Source of the DNA: Antedon mediterranea
Taxonomy: Eukaryota; Animalia; Echinodermata
NCBI RefSeq assembly: GCF_964355755.1
Contig: NC_092671.1
Coordinates: 39,814,304 to 39,878,303 of the forward strand
Reading direction: 5' to 3'
DNA: 64,000 bases
Shown here: piece after piece, positions 48,401-61,231 of the stretch
Numbering within the stretch: position 1 is the first letter of the stretch
Layout: each line of letters opens with the position of its first letter
Notes under the pieces: model-generated
Seen by the model: the letters and a program-made list of their open reading frames with translations, nothing else
The model's database searches: none
Told to the model about the DNA's origin: nothing
Made by a program: the position numbers and the translations under genes

Positions 48401-50005
48401 TCAGGATTTCAACAAATTAAATTATTCTCAATTTAACGAAACATAAAACATTATTTATTGCAAAACAATTTTTTATACAAAAGGCTGACCATGAAACAGT
48501 ACCTTCAATCCTTAAAATTGGTAAAAATAATGCATGTCACATGATTCTAAATCAACCAATCAAATGTATGTGTTATATAGTACACTGTAAATCATTAACA
48601 CTGAGAACTTAATAATTCTCACATTGGGCCAATCCATAGTGCTCAGTGAATGTTATCCCCAAATACTCCTTGAAGCATAGCTTTCACAAAGCATTTTAAA
48701 CATTATATGGGAATTTTTTTTTTAAGCATCTTCTTTTTATAATGAGTTAATACTATATATACTCATATAGTGATAAGAAAAGAAAGCTGTAATACAACAG
48801 TATTTATCTACTTCAGCCTTCTTGGGCATCTTACTGTATTGCCTTCTGTGCTGTGTATGCCTGACTTATTGTACAAAAAAATATTTGACAAAAAAAAAAT
48901 AATTTCTTGAAATGTAATGATGTATAAATAGAAAATTACATTTGTTTTTGCAAAATTTTATTTTGTAATGAAATTGTATATTAAACAGATTAGTAAATTA
49001 AATGATGAATCACCCAGCGGGGTTATCTCTCTGAAACATGTGACAACTACGACGACAGAAGATTCTATTTAGGGAATAAAGTTGCAGGAATGCATGTCCA
49101 ATGTCTTCTTCTTGTTATTTAAACTTTTCGCAATTACAGAAGTATGTCAACTATGTTTGATGAGTCATGTTTAAGAAACCTCTGGATTCAACAACCAGCA
49201 ACAGGAGTATAATCATGGAATAGGGTATCACATGACCAATCCACAAGGCATGTCGGGTGTCAGCGGTTAAATTCACGATTAGTAAGCAAATATGTACAAT
49301 GTAATTTCTTTTGTCTTGATCGTGGGTTGTGTTTACCTGATCTTGCAATATGGCACCTCTTTTCTCAGATTATTCCATTTTAAATTGTCTAGTTTTTCCC
49401 GTGTGGATTTGATGTTTCCCTGCGGATCACGTGGAATTAGTTTGAGCAAATGAGTCATCAATTAGCATATGTTGATAGATCGACTTGTAAACAACAAACA
49501 TGATCATGTAATGTAACCTTTGTTTTAAAAGCACTTTAATTTTTAAGATGCAAGATTTCAATCTAATAATCATGTGCATATAAATTATGGCATAAAAATA
49601 AATTGGGTTTCATAAAGCAAAATTGTACGTTTTTTATTATTATTGTAGTACTGTATAAAATATTTCATAAATGCTATAAAACAATCCATCGGGTTGCAGA
49701 AAAATAGTCATTATTTTATTTTAAAAAGACATGGCTGTTAAATTTTATTGGAGAGAGAGAGAGAGGGAGGGCTAAAGCCTGTTTATCCCCCATTTAAATC
49801 CGTGGCTGGTAGATAACAACATGTTGCTCACATGCATTAATATTTATATATAGGCCTACACCTATATACAGTACCTGAATTCTACTACAATACCCCAAAA
49901 CCTCTCTCACCCTATCAACAAACCCCCTCACCCTGTCCCCAAGGTTTACATCCAATTGTCCAATTATCAATCTATCCTCACATACCAACTTAAACAAGGA
50001 CTCAC

Positions 50006-50180
50006 CTGTTACCAAGGAAACATTGTTGAAAACTTGAGTAAGTCGGTTGAGTATGGTATTAAGAAAGCTGTCAGGAGCAAGCTTGCCTAAATCCTGCGTA
50101 CACTGGTCATATACTATCACACCACAGATATTGTCTGTGTCCAACTTGCATGCGTTTTCAAGCAGTTCTTTAATCGTCAC
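50006..50180 (-). CDS. DUSP16: DUSP8/16-type MAP kinase phosphatase, rhodanese-domain exon (first exon visible)
   Basis: TTCCAG| acceptor; reads VTIKELLENACKLDTDNICGVIVYDQCTQDLGKLAPDSFLNTILNRLTQVFNNVSLVTG; |GTGAGT donor. The VYDQ...DSFL...V.L.TGGF pattern is the DUSP8/16 rhodanese C-half. The N-terminal KIM exon was not found in the window. Confidence 0.9.
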
Positions 50181-51581
50181 CTGGAATATGCAAATTAATA
50201 ATATACTGGTTATGCAAATATGGTAATAGTTTGTCATGTAAGATTTATTGCATTAATAATAGTATGCACATTTTGTACATAAATCAATGGCAAATGAAAA
50301 TTATTTAAAAGATTATTAAATAATAACAATAATATGCACATTTTGTACAACATGAATAAATAGCACATTATGCAAATTAAGTAGGAAATTAAATATTTAA
50401 ACTAAGTAGCTGAGGATGAAAAATAAACTTGATAAAACGTAAAAAAGATAAAATAATCAAGAATTTACTAGTTATTAAATGGAAGGCTAATGGGTGAGGG
50501 CCCCCTGGGGTAAATAGAAGGCTGACAGATGAGGGTAACAAAGGAGAAGGAGAAAGGGGGGGGGGGGGCATAAATAGGTAAGTAAAATGTGATGGGTAAA
50601 TAGATGACTGACAGATGAGGAATAACAGAGGAGAAGGAGAAAGGCTGATGAATGAGGGTATAGAAGGCTGAAAGGTGAGTGATAACTAGAGGGCTGACAG
50701 TTAAAGGAGAAATTAAGTAAATTGATCTGAAATAAATGAAAACAAATTATAAAACCCAACATTTCTTGGTAATTATTCATTCATTCCTTGGTATTTCTGT
50801 GGATAAACAGTTATTTACTACGGTAGGTCTGTTAATATTAAACTATGTCTCTAATCCAGATCTGAGATTACCCAAATATTTTCAGGAATAAAAACCGTAA
50901 AACAATCAGTAAACTGTTTTAAAAATCCTTTATTTAAATGATTAGATATTATCAGATTTTGATTTTATTCTAAGATTTGACGCATTTTTACAATGACAAA
51001 ATTGAGCATTAAATACAGAATAAAGTCATTGTACTTTTGTAAATTATTTTTTCATTTTATTCAAACTCATTCAACAGCGGGAAACCCGCCCCTTACAGAA
51101 TGGAATAAACTATACCATATAAAAATATATATAAATATTTCACAGACAGAATAAATTTATTAAATGATAAACAAAAGTCTTTATTACGAGATAACAATCA
51201 AATTTCAATTATTATGAGTAATTCATTATTGTAATTTGGCCCGAAGCATCGCTGCTTACCTACCAGGCACAACACTACACTGGTTGCTGCTTAGTCAACT
51301 GGTACTTAGTCACATCTAACAATAAAATCATTATTCAAAACGATGCGATGATTTGTCATCATTGTTTGCATACCAGCTCCTATATTAATGAATTTTCCCA
51401 CACAATTGTTAGGATAGGAAATTAGTATGGTACTGAACAAAACCAATGGTAAATAATATACTGTGTATATCTTGTAACAAGATGTGGGAGGTCCTTTTTT
51501 TTATACCACAACTATTTTACATTTGTCATGTAGTGTCAATAACCTTGACCTGCGTGATCCTGATTACTATTCAATGACATT

Positions 51582-52371
51582 GGCCCTGTTTCTGCTGCCA
51601 AGAAAATACTGTATTTTATACGGTATTTTTGAATACCGTATATATACCATATTTTTTTGGCAGCAGAAACTGCGCTCATAAAAAAAATACCGTATTTTGT
51701 ATACCGTATTTTTCCCACAAAATTTGTGGATAAAATACGGTATTTACAAATTTATACCGTATTTTTTGTACCCTGTTCTGCTGCCAATAAAAAATACCGT
51801 ATTTTTTTTTACCTGTGACATGAGGTCAACATCGTGTTTTTATTTTCTGTCGCTGTCAGCTGTTTCACACACGTGTATTGATATATTCGGCGAAAATGTG
51901 TGGCGAAGACGTCACAGTATTTACTATATAAATCTGTGTGGGGAAGCTAAAATGTCCGGCCAAAAAGGGACAACCACATTTATAAAGACATTTCTAAAAA
52001 ATAAAGCAGCAGGAGTACGGAATAGATTTATCTCCATTGAAGCAAGTAAATTCAAAGCTGAAGAGCCTGCGAAGCAATACAACATTGCAAAAGACAATAA
52101 CTCGCGGGAGGGAACGAATTACTTGTCCCCATTACGATGTTTTCTGTGCTCTCACAACATCTCTATCACTAGGGCTAGGCTGTTGAAAGTGAGACGTAAA
52201 ACTTCCTTTATTGCGACTTTTAATTATCGACCAAATAAATGAATGGCAATTTGGGTAAAAAGGATGAAATTTAACACGACCACCCAAGAAGTATTGTTAG
52301 CAGAAACGGGGTACTAAAAAATATGGTATAAAAAATAACGTATTTTGAGCAGTTGCAGCAGAAACAGGCCC
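51582..52371. mobile_element. PIF/Harbinger-type non-autonomous element, 790 bp
   Basis: TIR GGCCCTGTTTCTGCTGC / GCAGCAGAAACAGGCCC; ATT on both flanks (3-bp TSD); many subterminal AAATACCGTATT repeats. Confidence 0.82.
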
Positions 52372-53986
52372 ATTACAACATTAATGTATTGGTCTAGCAC
52401 CAGGTAAACATTAATGTATTGGTCTAGCACCAGGTAAACATTAATGTATTGTACTATATGTACTATACTGAATTCATATTTATTATAATTAAACAATTTA
52501 CAGCTTTACCAGTATGTACAATTGATGAATTAATTCCTTTATGTTATTTAAGAAAGTTTATATTTTCTATTTGTATTAAAATGCAACAAAATAAAGGTAA
52601 TAATATAACAATAATTAAGAATTACAGTATTAATTTTTCTGAGCGCAAAACTGCAAATTACAGAGTTCACCTCTCTGCCATTTTACATTGCTTATATCTA
52701 CACACATTTGTAAATGCATCTAGGACCTAATATTGTAAAGAATTGTTATATATATGATACTGATAGTTAGCTGATAATGAATAATAATAGCATTATGAAA
52801 GTTGCTACATAAAATAAACTAGAAAGTGAATAATACTCACACCTAAAGATCACAAAACAAATTGGTACGTTTACAGAATCTCGCATCACAATATGACAAA
52901 GTTTCACTCTCAGTCACTTCGGTTTAATAGACGTTGCACAATTACAATGGGCAAAACAATTCAAGTTATGAATTATAAACCAGGTAAAAGTCTCAATAGC
53001 ATTAGGCAATGAAATAATTTGACGTGTTATGACTCAACCTTAGAAGCCCGACAGTCAGAAGGTTAGGCAGTGAATCACAGAAACCAAAGCCAATATGTCA
53101 ATCAGCGCGAGACTCGCAAGAACCCTGGCAGCAGTAGCTACATAATCAAGGTGCGTCGCTACTGCAACTTGCTGTCGCAAGAAAAAAGTCAAAGAAAGCA
53201 TTCAACATTATACAGTAATTCACTATTGTACCTCATCTATGGTACAGTAGTATTGTCCTGTTGACAAAGCATACGCTTACAGTACATTACAGTAAGTTGA
53301 ACCAATAAAGCAACTGGTAGAAATATTAACGCAACTTAAGAAACCAAACATATACAAATATAAACTTATATATTTTCACAATGACATTCACATTAATTAG
53401 AACGGGGACTTGGATATCATGTAGCACGGTCACCTCAAAGATTTAAAACAAAATTTTGGAAGACAGCCCATGCGATTTAAGATAAATAAAAATTGCAAAC
53501 CGGCCACTGGACGGATGCCACGTAAACCTTGGATAACTGGCTACCTTTAGTTTACACACTGGATCAATGCCATACAAATTTAGGATTTCTGTCTGTAATA
53601 TTACGTAAATACGGGGAAGGTCTAATAAATCCCATGATCCTTTGCTGTCTCGTTCTCAAGGTCAAGTTCGTTCACTTAAATCATTTTCTTTTTTTGCCTG
53701 AGGTCATTAACATAGAAGCCACGTCCTCGCGGATTGTGATGAGTAACAATTGTAATCTAATCAGGAATTGAAAATGCAATCATCGTCGCATCAAATACGT
53801 GAAATCATGAATCACCTGATAAATCATCAACAACGTAGATTATAATCTCAATTCAGATTAAATTTAATTTTTTGAGTAAAAAACATTTTTTTTTAAATAT
53901 TGCTTCTACTGTAAGTAGCTTTTTCTAAAATCTAACAACTATGTGAACCCAATTTCTGAGGTTTATCAGATAAACTTCTTAAAGAA

Positions 53987-54144
53987 TTGTCTACACTATC
54001 AAACTTTATGTGACAACAAAATTTGATGTGCCCATTATATGGACATGATGATGTCATATTAATACCATATTTGGGAATATTACTACCATATTTAGGCACA
54101 TTACACTTTTTTTGTCAAACTAGTTTGATAGTGTGGACAGAGCT
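53987..54144. mobile_element. MITE family A copy
   Basis: TGTCTACACTATCAAAC ... GTTTGATAGTGTGGACAGAGCT with a full interior. Confidence 0.82.
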
Positions 54145-55398
54145 TTAGAGAAGAGTGAAACTTTCAGTAAAAGTTTAGTTTTAATAACAGTGTCTGTATG
54201 GTTATAAAAACAATGGAATCATTATAGTTTATGACATATTTCCACTGTGTGTAAAAGGGAAATACATACAAAGTATGGTTTGTGCTTTTTCCATGAAACA
54301 ATTGACTGTTACTAATTCCGGGGCAATTCCCAATTTGTATTTATACTTTTACAACCCTGGGAAAAAATGATGAAATGTAAATAGATGTACATTAAAATCC
54401 TAGATAGCTTTTTTTAAAACATAAAAAATGAAACGTTTTCATCTGGTTTTTATATAAAATCTGTATATTTACGTTAAACCATGAATACATATGTCTGCAT
54501 GTTAATGTAATTCATTTTAAGTGAGAGGTGGTAAAACCAGAAAATGAAAAAACTTTTGAAGTTAACATGTACATACAGTATTCATGAATGGTTTAACGTA
54601 AAGATTTATATACAGATGAAAAATGAAGATTAATAAAATCAGATTTTGCCATTTTGTTGTTAATCACTTCCACTGAAAAAAAAAATGAAAAAAAAGTTTT
54701 CACTTATAAAACTACAAAACACCATACCAATACAACACTGTAATAAATAAATCAATAATTCAATTTCATTTGTGAAAAGTTGTTGGAAATCGTTTTTTAT
54801 TAAGTTTATTACAAAAGCTAGTTCAGGGAATGGATTTAAAAGAGTTGTTGTTTTCACTGAAATTTCCAGATTATGGAATAATGCCAAACAAAAAGTTGGA
54901 TATGTTTTTCTTTTTAGTTGTTTTCGCACAAGTTTGGTGTATGTGAGTCATCAAGAGTCTAGATTCTTTTCTTTTGTGTTTTAAACAGGAAGGATAGATG
55001 ATCATATCATGTATAATCAATTAAAAATTCATCATATTACTGCGTTATCAGTAAAAAGCATCTTACTCGACCACAACAACAGAAAAAGATTAAATGATCC
55101 ACATGCAGCGGTGTCTGGTTGTTGCATCTTCTATTAAACATACAAATTAAAATATAAATACAAAAATTTAAATATATTAATCAACAAAATCAAACAAAAC
55201 AAAATTAGAAATGAATTCAGTTATAAATAAAGCATCTTATTCTTATTCTTTTATTGCCAAATATAAACTACATGAAAAACACGACATACAAAAAAAAAAC
55301 AATAGAACCAACTGAGTGAGCTGGCATGGAACACAAAAGCGAACCTAATCACTATGACTTAAAGCCTGTGTTCCCCACTCACCCAGTTTCACAAGCAA

Positions 55399-55555
55399 TT
55401 TAGGTCATTACTACAGTACTACAATAGTACGTGTAAATAAAGCATTATTGAACACCATCTTTAGGTCATTACTACAGTACTACAATAGTACGTTTAAATA
55501 AAGCATTATTGAACACCATCTTTAGGTCATTACTACAGTACTACAATAGTACGTA
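55399..55555. repeat. 61-bp tandem repeat, about 2.5 units
   Basis: Unit TTTAGGTCATTACTACAGTACTACAATAGTACGTGTAAATAAAGCATTATTGAACACCATC. Confidence 0.88.
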
Positions 55556-55991
55556 CAGAAGAATGCCAACCAAGGACACCATTCACAAGTGTGCACACCC
55601 ATAATTACCAGATTTCCCAAAAGAGGGGTTTCACCAAATTTGTTTTATACTGGCCAATAGACTGCAGGAAACTTTCAGTTTTGGCTATCTAGCTAGAGAA
55701 AGATTGGTAACATACACAAGTATAACTAAACCATGTAGATATGATAAAACACAATAAATAAGGGGGATTAAATGATACTCCGTGATCTGCTAATCAAAAT
55801 ACAATATGTATATTCTTTAAAAAATGTACAAAAGAATTTTAACTATAAATGTATACCATTACTGAAATACGAGACATGTTTGTAAATTAGTAATTCACAT
55901 TCCTGAAGGAATGCAAATGTTTGATAATTTACAAGTATCTGATTCCAACTGGATCATGACACATACAATTGTAATTTTATGTATTTATAAT

Positions 55992-58004
55992 AGGTATCCC
56001 AATGAAAGCGCACAGAGGGGTATCACTTTTGAAATATTGACGAAATTCGAAAAAGTAGTATGACTTTGATGTTAAATAAATCGTATTCAATCTTAATTAA
56101 TACTTACAAAATTTATATTGTTTGAAAGTACTTGTTTTAATCTATGTATAAGTGTGTTTATAATTAAAATTAATGAATTAGTTGCCGAGAAAATGCGATT
56201 TTAAAACGGTTCTAAAATCCCGTCGAGCCGATTTCCGCGCGTTGAAAACCTCATCGGAAAATCCCCATCAGTTTTCAAAACACGATCGCATGATTACCAT
56301 TGGAGCTAGCGGATTAATTTTTGTTGTATGTTATCAGGCTTTAAATAAGCTTTATTTTGATACGAAAATCGTCTTCTATAAATAGGTTTTTCGTAACGAA
56401 AAGTCAATTTTTGTGACAAAAATCCAATTTTGATTCACCGTTTATGGAAAAATATTATGGATTTTGGTATTAAATTATAGCTAAATCTACATTGAAATCG
56501 ATAAAACATAGTTTACAAACGTATTGTGCATGGTAATTGTGCGAACTACATTTTAAAATGGTGCATGAGGCGTAAATCCCGTTCAAAAATTTTAAAGATC
56601 CAACCATTTTAATCCGGTGAATTGTAGTGAGTAAAATATTGTACTCTAAAATACGCGCGTGTTTGTTTTGGCGTTTTCTGTTAAATACATTAATGCACCC
56701 TATCAGCGAATGGTACGTTCCATATTTTGAACACGTTGTTTAGTTTTCCTCGCTCGAGTTCGACCGGCTCGACGCGAGATGTGTGACAGCAGCGATGTCG
56801 GAGATTGACATGTCCTTTTCCGTCGTAGAATATCTGGTTTTACACATTAATTTAACAACTTAAAATTGATGTAATGTACGGAAGATTTATTATGCAAGTA
56901 TACAATGCAAATGCGTTAGGTTAAAATGTACCGAGGAAATTTATTAAGCTAATTTACCAACGTTACATTTGACTCTGTATACGGCGGCCGAAAGTCATTA
57001 ACTGCGACCGAAATACTTTAACGGGAGCGACTACTGATCGCGAGTAAGCCGTGACTTGGCCTAAACTTTAGCTCCGTATTTCAATTTAATAACGTAATAA
57101 TACGAAAAGAAAACAATTTTTATAATGTTATATATACTATTCAGGTAAACAATAAATTGTTTTACTTAACATTGATTAGTTTAAATGAGTTTATTTTGAC
57201 CCATATTGTGCGTTTGCCTTAAAAGAGCATATCTTACTTAGCAGCCCGGCTTAGATTTGGTGTCATAATCATATGGGCCTAAAATCTTGTTTTACGTATT
57301 CAAAAGTTATATATAATAGTATTTATGATTGAAATTATAAATATAAAGTATATTAAAATATTCTAATAATTATACTTACCGAAAATTAGTGTAAAAGAAA
57401 GGAAACAGTACACACCGTTTTTAACATACTTTTTCATTTTTTTTTTTTATAATTTTAAATTTCACCATTAAAAATTTTTTTTTTTTTCATATACACATCT
57501 AAAATATATTTATTAATGAAATATACACTACATTCTAACAAGTACAAAAAAAATTAAATGAATTAGTACAGTAGTTCAAAAGTTACAGATCATTGAAAAA
57601 TTGCAGTTTTTTCATTTTTTAGGGAATTCCAGCAAAAATGGGCGTTAAATGCTTTCCTACCACTTTGCGGACCAATAATTTAAAAAATAAGTTTCGTTGA
57701 GGCTCCAAAAAAAATAGAGTTGTACAACTCTGTGATATCTATAGGTTTAACAAAATTCAAAACTTTTAACTAATTATTGTAAAAGTTATAACCTTTTAAA
57801 AATGCTTCCAATTTCAACTGCAAAAAACACCATTTTTAGGCAAAAAATCGTATATTTTTTTACCACTTTAAATAACCATAACTTTAGAACGGGTAATCGG
57901 ATTTCAATCATTTAAATTTCAAAATGCTAATTACATTAAGTTCTTTATGGTTAACTGAAAGGAAATTTAAAAAAATTAATCTGAATTTTTTCATTGGGAT
58001 ACCT
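55992..58004. mobile_element. 2.0 kb non-autonomous DNA transposon with 16-bp TIR and 9-bp TSD
   Basis: TIR AGGTATCCCAATGAAA / TTTCATTGGGATACCT; ATTTATAAT at 55983-55991 and 58005-58013; no long ORF. Confidence 0.85.
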
Positions 58005-58247
58005 ATTTATAATCACAAGAAATAATTGTTTCCTTTTGATCAACACAAATATTTTAAATAATTTTAGAAAGCTGATACACAAATTGGTACACAACCAAAA
58101 ATCTAAGACGGAGAGGATGGCAACTACAATAGAACATCTATTAATGAAACACCTTCAAGACATTGCAAAGTGTCACCAAAGGGATGTCCCCACAATAGGG
58201 ATTGGTTGGAGTGGTAAAACATCTATTGTCTCTCATTTATTTCATGG

Positions 58248-58310
58248 GAAAGTGTCCCCTAAATAGAGGTGTTCTCTCAATATAGATGTTCTCTTAATGC
58301 AGGTTTTCCA
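58248..58310. mobile_element. Tc1/pogo-like MITE fragment; reverse-complement match at about 7822-7845
   Basis: AAGTGTCCCCTAAATAGAGGTGTT is the exact reverse complement of AACACCTCTATTTAGGGGACACTT in RERG intron 2. The family assignment is inference. Confidence 0.5.
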
Positions 58311-58604
58311 AATGAGCTATAATAGCTTTAATAGATATACTGTAATAAAGTACTGTAGGCCAAAAAGTTAAAGATTTATACTGAGTAAACCATGATAAAA
58401 CTCTGGATTTAATGAGAAAGAGCCAAGACAATATCCTGGATGGTGTAGCACTTGAGTAGGCAGTGTAGTACAAGGAAAGGCCAGCGTACAGGTTTTCACA
58501 TGAGTCACAACAAACTGAGTCACTCTACCTTCCTGCGTGTGTAATACCAGAAGGACGGACAGACGATCAACCGCTTTGGACAGGCCACTAAATTAACCCT
58601 CTAG

Positions 58605-58765
58605 GGGCCTGTTTCTGCTGCGAAAAAATAACCATGTGATTCAATTACCCCCAATTTCTTGGTTGCTGCAGACACACGAAAAATGTTTCAATAACCGGTT
58701 TAAAATGGCGTTTTCAAGATCTAACTGGTTATCATTTTTTTAGCAGCACAGACATAACCATGATA
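58605..58765. mobile_element. Partial Harbinger-type element sharing the GGGCCTGTTTCTGCTGC terminus
   Basis: Same terminal 17-mer as 51582-52371, followed by AACCATG/AACCGG motifs; no second TIR found. Confidence 0.55.
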
Positions 58766-59819
58766 ATAATTGACCAATCCACAACAAGAAATGAAATTAG
58801 TCATACAGTATAATTTACCAAAAATAAATTTTAAATGTGGAAATTACTTAATAGACATTGTCAAGTAAAAGTACAGCAAATTGAGCCAGTAAGCATTATC
58901 ATGGTTCACTTAACTACCGGTACTCAAGTACATTAAGATACAAACTTAACATGCTTTACCGGTAGTGATGTATTTCCAGTCATTTCAAACTGTGGTAGAT
59001 CACTTCCTTTATAATGTAAATTGGAGATGTCATAGACCTACTTTATATATAACATTGCAAATTGCTGATGAATTATGGAGGGCAAGACTCTCCCAAAATG
59101 AATTGTTACTTTTCTAAATAAATCATTTGTTTACTTGCCAAATGAAGCTGGAATAAAGAGGGGGAAAACAACCGAGAACCCCCCCCCCCCCCCACCAAAA
59201 AAAAATCATAATGAATCAAAAGCTATAGTTAAGAGTGCATAGTGTTCAGCTGATCAGAATCATATTCAATCTACAACCGACGACGACAAATTGTTACAAC
59301 ACAAGTGGTCATGTCAACTTCTTATACCACCCAATATAACGTTGAGGTTAACTCTTACATTTCAGAAATGTAATAGATAGCGATATACATGTACACACAC
59401 CTTCCTATCAGGTAATGATGTCATTTTTGTATTATATTATATATCTCGGTATCTTTATTTCACTTAAAAAAAATAATAAATCTAAAGTAGTTTAAAGACT
59501 GTTACCAGTATAAATGTTATTTTTAATTCATTGATTACATCCTATAGCCAGGGATGCACAAACCACACACTTTACAATGGTTGTATTGATACTTAGCTTC
59601 AACAAGGTCCACGATTCTAAGCCATTATGAGTCATTAAACTTTGCAAAACTGAATTCAAGAAAAACTAATTAGGAAGATGGTATTATCTTTAAGGGGATG
59701 TTTTTCCAAGTAATTAGTCTCTTATCTCAATGTGCAAGGAAACATATATTTAATTCTCAAAGTACTATATGAAGTAAGAATACATACATTGCATTGTATT
59801 ATGTTTGACAAATATCTTA

Positions 59820-59972
59820 AACTCTGTCCACACTATCAAACTAGTTTGGCAAAAAAAGTGTGATGTGCCCAAATATGGAAGTGATATGCCCAAATAAGAT
59901 AGTGATATGACATCATGTCGAGGGCACATCCCATTTTTTTGTCACATAAAGTTTGATAGTGTAGAAAGAGCT
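59820..59972. mobile_element. MITE family A copy
   Basis: CTCTGTCCACACTATCAAAC ... GTTTGATAGTGTAGAAAGAGCT. Confidence 0.82.
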
Positions 59973-60904
59973 AATATCTCTCCATGGCATCATCATATAA
60001 GTCGCTATAAGCTCTTTCTAAAGTTGAGACTTTTTTCTCCTTGGAGAAACAAACAAAAGAATGTGTGAAGTGTGAAAGGAAGGGATTCAAATATAATTCA
60101 TAAGATACGTTGAGATATGATGCATTGTCCCAAGAGTTGGTTGGTAAACAAATGATGCATCCTATAAATAAAGCAATGACACCAATATCAAGTTGTCAAC
60201 AAATGACTTAAAAATGAGCTAAGAAATCCAGCTATGTGCTTAAATCTGAGGAGTATGTTATAAGATCACATGATGAGAATGAGATAACAATAGCAAGGTG
60301 AGTCATCTATTGTCTGCTGTCATGGCTGCCTGTCACTCATGGATACTCAATGACACATAAATTACTTAAATAATGAGTATTGCAGTCAATAAGCAGTTTC
60401 TTTAATAAGTAGTTATTTAAGTAAAGTGCTCTCGGGTTAGAATAATAAGTATGGTGTTTAATAAAAACAATTTTACATTAAATAAATGTTAATTAAATCA
60501 ATTTATCTGACCATCCTGCTTTAATATTTATAATGAAACACTAATTGTAAGACCAGTAAGAATTTAATAAACAACAAAAACCACATTAATAGTAGAATAG
60601 AATATTTTAAATTTGTATAAAATATGCGACATACTTTGAATAAAATACTAGAAAAAAAATGTTTATGATGACAATACTTGGAAAACAACAATACAGCAGA
60701 CAACTATTATTGATAAAAACAATGAAAGGAAGATGGTAATTAGTATCTGTGTCAAGATGAGGTCATCTCTTGATAGTATCACTCCCAGGGTTCTATTACA
60801 TTTATGGTTTCTTTTTACTTTCAGTTTGGACATTAGAGAATAACTAAACAATACCATTATAATTTATGGATTTACTACAGATCATGATTTATCGCAATTT
60901 TCAT

Positions 60905-61231
60905 TTTGCTCTCCCAGACATGAAAACAAAGATACTTAGTACACTTTTTTTAAAAATAATTATGATCAAGACAATAATTTGCCAAAGGTTTAAAATAAAA
61001 AAAATGTTAAAGATATTTTGGGAGACAATACATCAGATGTATTGTCTCCCAAAAACATGGAAAATGAAGATTAATAATATCAGACTATAAATAGTAAATT
61101 ATGCAGTTTTAAGTCATTTACTTCTATTTTTCGATCTAGTTTTTGGTCAAAAAGTGAATAACTATTAATAATTATGTGAAATTGAAATTGAATATTTAAA
61201 AAAAAAACATTTTTAGGGGGACAATATATCT
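60905..61231. mobile_element. Kolobok-type elements of the same TIR family, two abutting copies
   Basis: AGATGTATTGTCTCCC at 61035 pairs with GGGGACAATATATCT|TTAA at 61231. It is immediately preceded by another right-hand TIR GGGAGACAATACATC. The left boundary is approximate. Confidence 0.6.

Noticed and set aside
51697-52242. 181-aa ORF as a transposase
   Set aside because: It lies in a non-autonomous element, is partly built from subterminal repeats, and has no DDE or Myb/SANT motifs.
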